A DNA stretch of 64,000 bases from NCBI RefSeq assembly GCF_006345805.1, contig NC_043010.1, forward strand, positions 65,410,001 to 65,474,000, given 5' to 3'. Position 1 is the stretch's first letter. The number at the start of each line of letters is the position of its first letter. A program made the translations under genes and the position numbers. This stretch comes from Octopus sinensis (taxonomy: Eukaryota). The notes below the pieces were generated by a model, which saw only the letters and a list, made by a program, of their open reading frames with translations, was not told the origin of the DNA and made no database searches. Shown here piece after piece: positions 26,418 to 40,800 of this stretch.

Positions 26418-28620
26418 GGCAGAACGTAAATTATCAACACAAAATGTGTCGTTTTCATGTTCATTGTGCAACATTGTCAGACAATAGCAACTTATTACGT
26501 ATGCTAAGTTACACCCACCATCTTTTATATTTACAGTTAGTGACATAAGAGCTTTTACTTTAAGCGCGAGGCCAGCAATTTTGGGGAGGGGTAGTCTATA
26601 CCAGTACGTACTGGTATTTTATTTTATCAATCTCGAAAGGATGAAAGGCAAAGATGATCTCAAAAATATTCCAACGCAGAACATAACAATCCCTTTAACA
26701 TGAGGAAGTAATGGAAGCTGTGTAGCAATGGTGGCTTTTATTGCAAACCTAACACCAAGTAAACTAGCTTAAATATCTTCCTTATCTATCCTATAAAAAT
26801 TATAACCTATTATTTCTTCCACTTGGCCTACCCCTGAAAAACAAGATTTTCTAAGAACAGCGATCTCGATGTTCGCATTTGTTTAAAACTCGCGAGACAA
26901 AAACTGTCTGTCTCGCATAACATCTTCAAGAGTTTGCATATTCCAAGATCCAAACACGGGAGTCTACTGTTTCGAGTTTTTTTTTTTTTTTAGAAGATTT
27001 CTTGAAATCAGTATTTATGTTTTGACTGCTACTATGAGATGCCCGGTCAGATGCTGTAATCTAATAGGCTAGATGATTAACATATAATGTTGGAGTAACC
27101 TTTAATCGCCCTTCCACGCTTGAGGAAAGCAGCACTGAAAAGAAGCCTGCTTTGTAATCAACGGAAGACATGGACTGAATAAATACGCGTTACTGTTTTA
27201 GTTTGTTTTTTTTTGTTTTTGTTTTTTTAACCAAGACCGTCATCATCCAGACGTCTTTATGGCTAATATCATATGTTCTCATGTTCTCTTTCGCATTTTT
27301 TCATAATGTTTAAAGTATTATTAAGGGAAATACTTGACTTCTGTTGCTTGTAGACAGCCACAAACGGAATTCCATTTGTTGCTGTAACAGAAAACAAAAG
27401 ACACAATGAAAATGAATACAAAGTGCGAGATGTTAGAAAGATTCCTTTCAAACCACATTCGTCATTTTTCAGAAGAAAAAAAAGCAAAACCGAGGACGAA
27501 TACAATATAATTTCACTGCAATCTTAAGAATGAAATACAGGGTGGGCATGAATGGCACTGGCTTGATCGAGAAATTTCTTGATCAGGGCAGACCAAGGGT
27601 TACAACAACAACAACAACAACAAAAACAACTGCAACACTACAAAAAAATAACGAGAATATTAGTAAATTATGAGTGTCCTCGCCAAAAACTGCGCAGAAG
27701 AGATTCTGGGAAGCGTTAGTGAGGGAGATGGAATAAAGGTGAGAAATTAAAGCTAAGATGGGTGTGGCATAGATGACATCAAAGTGAAAGTAAAAACTGG
27801 TTTTGAGTGAAAATAGGCGAGGCATTCTCTGCAAGTGTCTATAGATTAATCCTAGCAATTGACAGCCTCCGTTTACAAAAATCCCTGTTGAGTTATATTC
27901 ATATACATATATGTATGAATGCATGTATGTGTGAATATATATTCAGATAAATATGTGTGTGTGTATGTGTGTGAGTGTGTATGTGTGTGTGTCTGTATGT
28001 ATGTATATATATATATATTATATATCTATATATATATGTATATGTATATATATGTATGTATGTATATATGTATATATGTATATACCATATATACATGCAT
28101 ATATATATGTTTGTGTGTATGTGTGTATATATATGTGTGTATGTGTGTGTGTATGTATATATATATGTATGTATATATATATATATAGACACAGACGTTC
28201 CATTTCATATATATACGTACGTATCTCTCTCTCTCTCCCTCTCTCTTTCCCTCTCTCTCTCCCTCCCTCTCTCTCTCCTTCCGCCTCTCTCTCCCTTCTC
28301 TTATCTCTCTTTCTCTTTCTCTCTCTCACTCTCTGCATATATATATATATATATATATAAATGCATATATGTGTGCTTTGGATATTTGTGCATATGGCGA
28401 CAAACGTGTGTACATACGCATACACCCATGCTTATTTATACACACAAATATTCACACACACATACACAAGCACATGCCCACATACACCCGCACACACATG
28501 CACGCACGCACGCATCTGTTTGAGTGTGTTCGTGAGTCTCACTGTTGGTAACTATAGATGAAAGCATATCTATGAACGTGAACTTGGAAGTGCTTTGGTA
28601 TATAAGAATATATATATATG

Positions 28621-29030
28621 CTCTTTTACTCTTTTTCTTGTTTCAGTCATTTGACTGCGGCCATGCTGGAGTACCGCCTTTAATTGAGCAACTCGACCCC
28701 GGGACTTATTCTTTTTGTAACCCCAGTAATTATTCTGTCGGTCTCTTTTGCCGAACCGCTAAGTAACGGGGACATAAACACACCAGCATCGGTTGCCAAG
28801 CAATGCTAGGGGGACAAACACAGGCACACAAACACACACATACATATATATATATACATATATACAACAGGCTTCTTTCAGTTTCCGTCTACCAAATCCA
28901 CTCACAATGCATTGGTCGGCCCGGGGCTATAGTAGAAGACACTTGCCCAAGGTGCCACGCAGTGGGACTGAACCCGGAACCATGTGGTTGGTTAGCAAGC
29001 TACTTACCACACAGCCACTCCTGCGCCTAT
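28621..29030 (-). mobile_element. SINE family A, full length
   Basis: Near-identical to 22225-22632 and 43962-44381. Confidence 0.9.
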
Positions 29031-29258
29031 GTATATTATTTTTTTTTTATATTCTTTTACTTGTCTTAGTCATTTGACTGCGGGTCATGCACGAGCGCCG
29101 CCTTTTAGTCGAACAACCTGACCCCGTGACGTATTCTTTACAAGCCCAGAACTTATTCTATCGGTGTCTTCTGCCTGAGCGCTACGTGAAGGGGACACCA
29201 ACATTGTGTGCCAATTATGGTGGGTAAGACAAACACAGACACACAAATACGCACATAC

Positions 29259-29332
<74 letters not shown>

Positions 29333-29642
29333 TATATACGACAGGCTTCTTTCAATTTCCATCTACCCAGATCCACTCACAAGGTTTCGGTCGGACCGAG
29401 ACTATAGTAGAAAACGCTTGCCCAAGGTGCCACGCAGTGGGACCGAACCCGGAGCTGTGTGATTGGGAACCAAGCTTCTTAGCACATAGCTTCGCCTGAT
29501 ATATATATATATATATATATGTGTATATATATATAAATATATATGTATGTATGTATGCATGTATGTATGTATGTATGTATGTATGTATGTGTATGTATGC
29601 GTTTGCACACACACACACATATATATATATATGTATGTATAC

Positions 29643-29676
<34 letters not shown>

Positions 29677-30029
29677 GCATATATGTATATGTGTGTGTGT
29701 GTATGTGTAGAAATATACATTCATATGCAAATATATACAACTCTGTACATTGATATACATGCATACGCCCCTACACATAGTGAGCATATTTGTCTCCACA
29801 CGTATATTTACAAAATTCTTACATATTCGCGCCTGTGTACATGTTTGCCTGCGCGAGTGTACATTATGGATGTCCCTATCAATTATGCACATATCTGTAT
29901 ACACATGCAAATAAATTCATGCACATGCACCTCAACATATGTAGTTTTCTTTTTTGCATACACATACACACACAAGGAAAGAAAAATGTAATCTATTAGC
30001 ATAAACAACCAAACGCATGTAGGCATTAG

Positions 30030-30071
<42 letters not shown>

Positions 30072-30104
<33 letters not shown>

Positions 30105-30240
30105 GAGATGCATATATATATGTATATATATACATACATATATATATAGATATATACATACATATATATAATACATACATATAGATACATCTATATATAT
30201 AGATATATATTTTTTTGCTTATATATATATATATATATAA

Positions 30241-30271
<31 letters not shown>

Positions 30272-30401
30272 GATGCATATATATATGTATATATATAATA
30301 CATATATATATAGATATACATACATACATATATATAATACATACATATAGATACATCTATATATATAGATATATTTTTTTACTTATATATATAATATATA
30401 T

Positions 30402-30434
<33 letters not shown>

Positions 30435-30540
30435 TAGATGCATTATTATATGTATATATTACATACATATATATATAGAATACATACTACATATATATAA
30501 TACATACATATAGAATATATATATTTTTTTACTTATATTT
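30072..30540. repeat. Higher-order repeat of a compound microsatellite block (about 167 bp x 2.7)
   Basis: aaagagagagag-(acag)n-atgcatata...tatttttttgcttat block starts at about 30072, 30239 and 30401. Confidence 0.75.
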
Positions 30541-31151
30541 ATATATATATAGATATATTTATATACATGTATACTTATGTGTGTTATATAATAAATATAT
30601 ATATATATACATATATATGTGCATGTATTTATATCAGTGTATAAAATTATATTTTAGTGTGTATACGCGTATATGTACATAACAAGTAGCATCTGTCTGT
30701 TCTTACAATTATATGCATGCAGAGAGCATGCGTGTGTCTGTCTTGGCTGTAATGGAGAAACAGGTTTGCAAGGGAACAGAATCCACTTCTTGACATGAAA
30801 ACAAATGCAGGGCAAGTTGTGTTAATTGCCCTTGCCATGAACACAATACAATGCCTGCAGCGGGACGGGAGTTCCCCGTCCATAAGCCTCGAATGCATTA
30901 TCGAACGAGGTCGAACATTGCGTCTTTGGAATACACAAACATACACATTGATGCATACACACACACACACTGACACACACAAACACACACACATACAAAC
31001 ACTGACACACACACACAGATACATACGTGCGGATATATATGTATGTGTGTATGTAAGGTATATATTTACATGCATAAGTACATTTATATATATATATATA
31101 TATAAATATATGCATATATATAGAGAGAGGCATAAATACATAAATACATAG

Positions 31152-31190
<39 letters not shown>

Positions 31191-31204
31191 CATAAATATA
31201 TATA

Positions 31205-31262
<58 letters not shown>

Positions 31263-31957
31263 TACGATATGATTTAACAATATATATGTGCATATGTATG
31301 TCAATATGTGTGTATGTATTTCTGTCTATGCCTATGTCAGTATGAGAGAAAGAGAGTGTGTGTCTGCGTTTATATATATGTGTGTATGTGTGTGCGCGTG
31401 TGCATCTATATATGCTTCAAATTTTCCCATCTAATTCAATTTAGACGTCGTCCAAAACTTGATCAGAACATAATGGCTGCACTCGTGTTCTTATCTTATA
31501 GTTTTCCCATTACGTGTGTTTCACGAAAAACACATTCCAGCCGCGTGCTGCGTTCCCCAGTTAATTTCGGAACAAAGCATGATACGTGAAGCTTAATTGA
31601 AGTCAAAATATGATTTATACCACAAGATCATAAAAATATCTGTGGCTGAGGGCTTTGTTTTGTTCGGTGCTTTTTCCTTTGTCCTTTTAAAAATATTTTT
31701 GACCTCCTGGAAGATCAGATAATAAATACGCGCGCGTTTCACGTGAGAGTTAGTTTTCGGAAAAATATTACATTTTGAAAATGAATAAAGTATAGGGAGA
31801 AATATAATGGACTTTTGCTTAGTTTTTTTTTTTTTGTTATATTGGAACAAGCAGCAATTTTATCGACCCACTGCTTAACTGGTGCTTATTTTATCCTATT
31901 AAAAACCCTGCTTTTCTAATAGAATCCAATATCAGAATGGGGCTTGTAAATATATCA

Positions 31958-32388
31958 CAGGAGTGGCTGTGTGGTAAGTAGCTTACCAACCACATGGTTC
32001 TGGGTTCAGTCCCACTGTGTGGCACCTTGGGCAAGTTTCTTCCACTATAGCCTCGGGCCGACCAAAGTCTTGTGAGTGGATTTGGTAAACGGAAACGAAA
32101 AGAAGCTTGTCGTATATGTTTGTGTGCGTGTGTGTGTGTGTGTATGTGTATGTGTGCATATGTTTTTGTGTGTGTTTGTGTATTGTTCCCCCGCCATCGC
32201 TTGACAACCGATGCTGGTGTGTTTACGTCCCTGTAACTAAGCGGTTCGGCAAAAAGAGACCTATAGAATAAGTACTAGGCTTACAAACAATAAGTCCTGA
32301 GATCGATTTGCTCGACTAAAGGTGGTGCTCCAGCACGGCCATAGTCAAATGACTGAAACATGTAAAAGAATAAAAGAATAAAAGAATT
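31958..32388 (+). mobile_element. SINE family A, full length
   Basis: Head to (AAAAGAAT)n tail. Confidence 0.9.
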
Positions 32389-33445
32389 ACTTGAAACACG
32401 GGTGGATCTTGAAACAAATTCACCTATAATTATAATTACTAGTATGTAGTATATACTGGTTAAGAAGACCCTTGACTAAAAAGAATATGGAAAATTATCA
32501 GCGGACTCCAAGAATGTATCTTCTGCCACGCGGAAAGACGACCAACCAATTATACTAATGCAACTCCACTTTTGCCTTTTCATCTAATACCACTTTTAAT
32601 CTCGCCAGCGAGGAATTATTAGTATACTATTTTACTCTTTTACTTGTTTCAGTCATTTGACTGTGGCCATGCTGGAGCACCGCCTTTAGTCGAGCAAATC
32701 GACCCCAGGACTTATATATATATAAAATGCTTAATGTTCGTCTTTATGTTCTGAGTTCAAATTCCGCCGAAGTTGACTTGTGCTTTCATTCTTTCAGGGT
32801 CGATTATAAAAGTACCAGTTAAACACTCCCGCTCCTAAAAATTGTTGGCCCTTTACCAAAATTTAAAACCATTATTATACTATGAATATTTTTGTTATAT
32901 TCTCATATATTATAGTGATATTACCGTTTTTATATTTTAACACAACAGATATATTTAGATAACGTTGTATCAGGCCGCCTTTCAAGATTTCTTAAATTAT
33001 ATCTATGTTGGTGAGATCTAATTATAAAACAATTTTTAGTCTAACCAATATAATCTTTACAAAATGAATTAGCTGTGACTTCAAAAAAGAAATGGTATCC
33101 TAAAGCCATAATGCTTTTAAAGGACAATTAGGGAATTTCATTATCGAGAAAGATTAAATAAGGAAAAAAGTCTACGTTTTTTTTTTGTTTTTTTTTTGGC
33201 TGTTATTTGTTTCTATATTCTAATAATATTTGCTGTTTCTGTGGGAAAATTATGTCTTCATCTAAAACATAGTTTAGCTTTGCGCGTATCGAAGAGTCAT
33301 ATAATATCAATGATCTTTCGGAAATATTTATCAAACAAATGAAAGAAAATTCTTATATGAACCGGAACGGTTGAGTGGAATCATAAGAACTTTCAGTTTC
33401 TATTTTCCGCATATAATGATGATAATAATAGTAATAATAATAATA

Positions 33446-33477
<32 letters not shown>

Positions 33478-33478
33478 C

Positions 33479-33519
<41 letters not shown>

Positions 33520-34387
33520 CAGTAGTAGTAGTAGTAGTAGTAGTAGTGAAGCGGCGTCCTGGTAGGACACCGAGGAAATTGCTTAGCGACATTTCGTCCG
33601 CCTATAGTACAGGGCAGTGTCAAGCAGTGTGGTTCATTGTGGCGCATGTATTTTTGAGTTGTGTATTTTGGCGTGAACCATGCACTTGTACTTCGGAGGG
33701 ACCGCGTTGGTACACACTGTGTCGTACTAATTCTGTCTCAGAAATACATAAATCGTTTACGTCTGAAGTATATTCAGCCACATATACAATGATTTTAGTA
33801 GTCTCGTTGGTCGAACAATTGGATTACGCTTCGTAGAAACTGACGAAGATCCAGTTTCCTAGACCTTCATTATTAACAATAAAGGGTTGATGTGTTTTTG
33901 TAGGAACCTGTGAGTGGCTATGTGCATGTGTGTTAACACCAACACATTTGTGCTTGTGTGTGCGCATGCGTGTCTGTATGTGGGCCATTAAAGCAATATG
34001 CTTCCAAAGGCGTTCGTGAACGTGTACGTGCGTATAAACAACATGACTATGCATGCGTACACCTATATATACACTAACAGCAGCGTTTATAAATATATAT
34101 ATACATGCAGGCACGTTAACTGCAATGTTCTGTGCGTTAAGCGTGGTGTATGCGTGTATGTATTAACATCAATGTTCTCTCTCTCTCTCTCTCGTTTTCC
34201 TTCACGTTCTCACTACACATGTCCCTTCTCCAAATTCGGATGTGCGTCGGAGGTTGACTCTTCTTGTTTAGTAATCATCTTTCAGTCTCGCACGTGGGGT
34301 ACAAGGCCTACTCGTCATTGCAGCAGCGATCACGTTTCTTACAGCTGAAGCTACTTCATGCAACGGAGAAGTAACGCTTCTTACACG

Positions 34388-34426
<39 letters not shown>

Positions 34427-34457
34427 ACACGCACACATACACGCACATATATATTAC

Positions 34458-34515
<58 letters not shown>

Positions 34516-34741
34516 ACGTAGGAGTGACTGTTTGGAAAGTAGCTTGCATACAAACCCCATGGTTCTGGGTTCAATACCACTTCGTGGCACCTTGGGCAAG
34601 TGTCTTCTACTATAGCCTCGGGCCGACCAAACCTTGTGAGTGGATTTGGTAGACGGAAAGTGAAAAAAGCCCGTCGTATATATGTATATATATATGTGTG
34701 TGTGCATGTGCGTGTGTGTGTGTGTGAGAGCGTATGTGTGT

Positions 34742-34791
<50 letters not shown>

Positions 34792-35189
34792 GGTACACCG
34801 GTAGAATCCACACAGCTCGAAGTAAATTGAATAATATCAAAATAAGTAACAGGATATCAAGTAGTAATACGGTGAGTCCATTTAATTGAACAATACAATT
34901 ACATCAATTCTTGTTCTTATATTAATATTTTTCTGTTACTTATATTTACACTAAATAATTATACTATACTCCTTACTTAAGCGTATATATATATGCCTAT
35001 TCAGCCGAAATTGCGAGGATGATCCGGTTCTTGACTGAAGATAAAAATTTCGAATGACCCGTCCGTGTTTTTTTTGGGTGTTTTTGTATCGTCTATATGG
35101 ATGTTTTATTGTCCCGTTTTGCGTTCTTGTCCCATTTTGTATTTATATATATACATATATATATAATATTATATATATTATAATATATA

Positions 35190-35220
<31 letters not shown>

Positions 35221-36059
35221 ATAATATATATATATGTATGTATGTATGTATATGAAAATGATGTGTTATAATACTATTCATCAGCCATACCAACAATCCA
35301 ACATACCTCCATCATGAGCTGCCCCACGGATATCATTATAGTTTCGACACCTGACCAGTACCATTCAATCCGCCGGTGTCAACAGCACTAAAATAAGTGT
35401 TGTTTTGGAAGAAACAAACCAAAGAAACCACAACTTTCAAACACATTTACCCAATGTACAACCGTATCAATAAATAAATTCCATAATCAAATTACAACCA
35501 CTCTTAAATACCTAACTAAACAGCGACAACTCTATTAAGCCATACACAATTATAATCCCTACCGTCTTCCGTAGTGTAATATAAAAGTAAAAGCTTAATA
35601 ACCGCATAATTCCAATTAATCAATATATAAACAGGAGTAAACTTTACTAAAACAACAACAACAAGAGACATATAAACCAATGTACATTGTATCGGTATTA
35701 ATAGTAAACTGCCATAACTAAATTATATGCTATATTGCGATCAATATAAATAATTATCCCCACCGGTCTTCCATAGATACTACTATAATGGAAGTTCAAG
35801 CCTTGTAAAAAATTTTCCAAAGCGAAGCGCGATTGAAATGAATTTAACTAACATGAGTGAAATACATAATTTCACTGAATGAAGCCTGTTGTTTTTGTAC
35901 GTTAGTCTCTCATCTCATTACGTAATTGTTAGAAACAAATGTCGCTTCTTTCCAATATTTTGCAAAGTCTGGCCGTTGGGGCAATATACCTTATTTGTAA
36001 AGAAGTGAGGTTTGAGGATAGGAAGAGTATCTAGCCATAAGAAACTCTCTCTTAACACT

Positions 36060-36159
36060 NNNNNNNNNNNNNNNNNNNNNNNNNNNNNNNNNNNNNNNNN
36101 NNNNNNNNNNNNNNNNNNNNNNNNNNNNNNNNNNNNNNNNNNNNNNNNNNNNNNNNNNN
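36060..36159. other. Assembly gap (100 N)
   Basis: Run of N; contiguity across it is not guaranteed. Confidence 1.
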
Positions 36160-36221
<62 letters not shown>

Positions 36222-37092
36222 ATAGATTGATTGAGTGAGTGAGTGATTGATTGATTGAGTGATTGATTGATTGATTTAGTGATACATACATACATACACA
36301 ACTTTCAACCTTTTCTCTTTTTTTTTTGTTTTTGTGTTTTTTGTTCTAATCAATTATATTTGGTCAGCTACCACATATCTAACTTGACACTACCAATTTT
36401 GGTGTCAATCTCTTTGGCAGCCCAGTTCGACTACCTACGATTCCGATTAGCAGATTATATTTCTGTCAACTTCCATATTCGAACTGTTTGCATTGCTCGC
36501 TATGGATGTTCATATGCTGTTGGGCTTTAAAATTTGACAGCATAACCAATTATTTGCTTACCTGCATTACGGTGGCGTCTGAAGAGTTGAGAGACTCATT
36601 GTAATGCATTGCATAATCTCATAGTTGACGCACGTCGAACATAGCTGCATATACGATGTTATATCACCATAGAATTGTTAAATGAAATATGCTAGCGCTC
36701 ACAGATAACCCATTCGTCTGCTTTTATAAGACATTTCTCTTTGAACTGTTTCAATCATTAGACTGCGGTGATGCTGGGGCACCACCTTGAAGAATTTTAA
36801 TCAAACGAATCAACACAGCTCTTATAGTTTTTTTAAAGCCTGGTACTTAGTCTGTCGGTTACTTTTGCCGAAAAGTAATTTTACCGAGGACGTAAACACA
36901 CCAGCACTGGTTGTCAAGCGTTGGTGCGGCACAAACACACACACATACACACATGTATATATTTATACACGTACACACACACACACACACACACACAACA
37001 CACACACACACAACAAGAGGTAAAACGGATTAATAAATCTAGGCAGATGCTGTAATCATTAAAGATGTCATTTTCTCTATTCTTGTTCAGGT

Positions 37093-37188
<96 letters not shown>

Positions 37189-37285
37189 ATATATACGGCA
37201 AGCTTCTTTCAGTTTCCGTCTACCAAATCCACTCACAAGGCTTTGTCGGCCCGAGCCTATAGTAAAAGACACTTGCTCAAGGTGC

Positions 37286-37325
<40 letters not shown>

Positions 37326-37356
37326 TATATATATAATAAATACACACATGTATATT

Positions 37357-37388
<32 letters not shown>

Positions 37389-37998
37389 TGTATTATTCAT
37401 TTTCATAATCCAAGTCCACAACTGCCTATCCTCTACTTTTTTTTTGAACACTTTAAGAAAACAACTAAAATGCCCATCCGGGACAGATTCCCAACGCTAA
37501 TGATCTCTATGTACTATAAACTTCATCGTTGTTTAAACGGTTTAGAATTTCGGTGAGGAAACCAGAGACGTAGCTAAGGGACGTAATACTGATAACATGC
37601 GAAGTGTTGTGAATTATACCGCTTGCACCATACACAGCGACTATCAACTGAAATCATATCAAAGTGACATTATTAAATAGTGTCATATAAATAGCGTCAA
37701 ATAGTGTCTAGCTAAAACTGCTGTTGGTATGGAGTCTTTGAGATATCGATACCATCACATGGTGCAATACATAGATGCATACACACTCGCACACACACAT
37801 ACAAGTACATATAAATAAATACTTATAATTTCATACATATGTGTGTATGCGTATACATATATATATATATATATCACGTGATCACGTGACCGACCAGGCC
37901 ATCAGATGTTGCTACACATCGCTGGTCACAATGCGTTCACATTGTTTTAGCCTTCGAATGACGCTAAGCGAATGACGCTAAGCGAGCAGGCTAATATA

Positions 37999-38041
<43 letters not shown>

Positions 38042-38176
38042 CAGCCGAAATTGCTAAGATGATCTGGTTCTTGACTGATGACTGAGGGCTTCGAATGTCC
38101 CGTCCTGTGGTTCTTGTGTCGTCTCTGTGGTGTTTCATGTTCTTGTCCATGTCTGTAATTATTTTTACTGTTTACC

Positions 38177-38250
<74 letters not shown>

Positions 38251-38603
38251 TGTGTGTGTGTGTGTGTTGTGTGTGTGTGTGTATATAATGATTGCTTCAT
38301 CTTGACAGATGGTATCCATCCCATCAACACACACACCACCACCCCATCACAGTGTACAATCACTCCGTTGATGAGCCCTTAGATGACTTTTAAGACCAGC
38401 TGCTGACTGACAAGGTTTAAAACATTCTCGAGCGCTACTGGTAACATGTAACCCAGTACAACCTGTCGCACAGTCGACTCGTTGGCGACTGAACTGGCAA
38501 CCCCATCAAGCTTGTTTGGTAAGGAGGGTGATAGTTGAACACCCTGCAGGACGAAAAATAAGACCTGTCAAAGAGTGGAAGTTTAAATGATGCATATATG
38601 AAT

Positions 38604-38678
<75 letters not shown>

Positions 38679-38725
38679 CATATATATATACATATATATA
38701 ATATATATAATATATATTATGTATA

Positions 38726-38797
<72 letters not shown>

Positions 38798-40162
38798 CAT
38801 GTGTTTGCGCGCGCGTCTGTGTGTGTAAATACTTACATGCGTTTTTTTGTGGAGGGCATCTGCCACCACACCAAATTCCTTTCACATATTTAGTTCTGCT
38901 GAAAGAGTATTGTGTCTTCTTTTCTCAAAATCAATAGAATCTGTTGTTTGTTAATAACCCTAATCTGTTGCTAAGTTTTAAAAGTCATCCTCTTGTACCA
39001 GGTTCCGCCCCCAGTTTGAAGTGAACTTATTAACCCCACACCCAAGTTTTGTTTAAACCCCTTCCTCGTGCATCCCTTTTAAAAGTTGTTTAATTGGTGA
39101 TATCGTGCCAAGAGCCTATTTCATTTTGCTTACTTGATATATTTCTATTTACTTATACTTTCCTAAAGCAGCATACACTAAAATTTAACCCCGAACCACG
39201 TAGTTACGAGGCAAACCTCTTAACCACACAGCTATTAAACTCTGCTATTAGTTATTCCCTTTGATTGATTAATAACCGAGTCTAATGGCCGGTTTCTATT
39301 CCCTACCTGTAAGAATTAGGTCTTTACGCGGTGGCACAACCTGCTATAAAGACAGACAAATTGCCCCCAGATCATTCCCTGTCGTTAGTTTTGAAGAGAA
39401 GAAGAACTAGATTTTTAATTCCATGTCTGTGTAGGTGCCGTTGGTTGTTTTGGAATCGAAATTTGTTCAGCTACATCCACAAAAAGAATGCTTTGTACAC
39501 ATGTTCCATGTTCATATATAAATGGATTAAAAGTAGTAGAAATATATAAATTCCAAACGAACATTTTGGGGAGGAGGAAAACTTCTTGAAAGGCTAAGCT
39601 ATGAAATGGTTCCCTTTTTAGAGGTTAAATTCCCGAAAAGGCAAGTGTATGAAGCGGGTTCAAATCCTTGTGTATTACGCTTCCAGAATGCTGCCCAACT
39701 CTTTGCCTTTTATACTTTCGAAGTCGATAAAATACGTGAAAGTGAAGCACTGCTGTCGATGGAATCGATTTACCCCTGCCCTTAAAAACGGCTGTTGTGT
39801 CAAATTCAGAAAAAAATATGCTTGCAGAATGTTGAGTTTGTGAAGCTGGTTCGATTACTTTTTGAGCTATTTCACTATACTCAATCATTCTTCCTGTGAT
39901 TTCTCATTGTAATCCATATTCTGGAAGAGAGAGAGAGAACAAGAGAGAAAGAATGAAATACAGAGAGATATGGAGTGAAAGAGTGAGAAACTGAGTCTTT
40001 GAAGCTTAATTATCTTGGACACATTGCATAAAATAAGATGTCTTCAATGGTGACCAAATGACTAATGAAATGTTAAGAAAGACCTCCATTTCATAGAAGC
40101 GTTCTTCTGAAGAAATTAGCGAAGATTATGTTTTTCTAAGTTTGAACCAATTATCTCTTGGT

Positions 40163-40188
40163 AACTTTTTGCTTTTATTCACTTTCAG
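40163..40188 (+). promoter_or_regulatory. 3' splice acceptor 9 nt upstream of the ATG (implies an upstream exon)
   Basis: aactttttgcttttattcactttcAG|actacaaatATG: pyrimidine tract plus CAG. Confidence 0.55.
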
Positions 40189-40197
40189 ACTACAAAT

Positions 40198-40557
40198 ATG
40201 CAAAGTAAAATATCCGCCATAATTTTGTTCTGGTTGTTGCAATCGTCTGGGCAGGAAACATTGAAAGCAGTGTCAACAGTGGAAACACCCTGCAGTTCAG
40301 ACTGCGAATGTTCTTTAATAGAAATGACTTGTACAGGCAACAACTTAACTTTTCCTTTACTCGTACCACCAAACATTACATCGGTAGTTATCGCTAATTT
40401 GTCACGACCGTATCTGCCATGTGAAGGATTTAATACTTCGAACCGTCTCAACATAACCTTTTTGAACCTGAAGACGACTTCAATGACAGATTGCTTTTTC
40501 GGAAACGTAATAGTTGAGAGACTTTACTTCGAAAAAAGTCGAATTAAAAGGTTTAAG
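40198..40557 (+). CDS. Secreted LRR protein, coding exon 1 (signal peptide, LRRNT, first LRRs)
   Basis: ATG 40198; MQSKISAIILFWLLQSSG|QE reads as a signal peptide; PCSSDCECSLIEMTCTGNNL is an LRRNT CxxxCxC...C cap; N-glycosylation sequons NLT, NIT, NLS, NTS; ends at donor AAG|GTAATC after exactly 120 codons (phase 0). Confidence 0.85.
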
Positions 40558-40593
40558 GTAATCTATTTGAAGCATATTAATATATATATGAAA

Positions 40594-40800
40594 GCGACGA
40601 GCTGGCAGAATCGTGAACACGCCGGAGAAAATGCTTAGCAGCATTTCGTCCGGCCTTAGGTTCTGAGTTAAAATTCTGCTGAGGTCGATTTTGCCTTTCA
40701 TCATTTCGGAGTCGATAAAATAAGTACCAGTCATGTACTGAGGTCGACGTAATCGACTTGACAACCGCCACCCATCCTTATGTCATTGCTGGCCTTGTGC
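40594..40800 (+). mobile_element. SINE family B in intron 1
   Basis: gcgacgagctggcagaatcg... starts about 36 bp after the exon 1 donor. Confidence 0.85.

Noticed and set aside
35335-35390. Minus-strand CUGUUGA-CACC...GGUG-UC-GAAA
   Set aside because: Core overlaps the stem and no helix III or stem I can be drawn.
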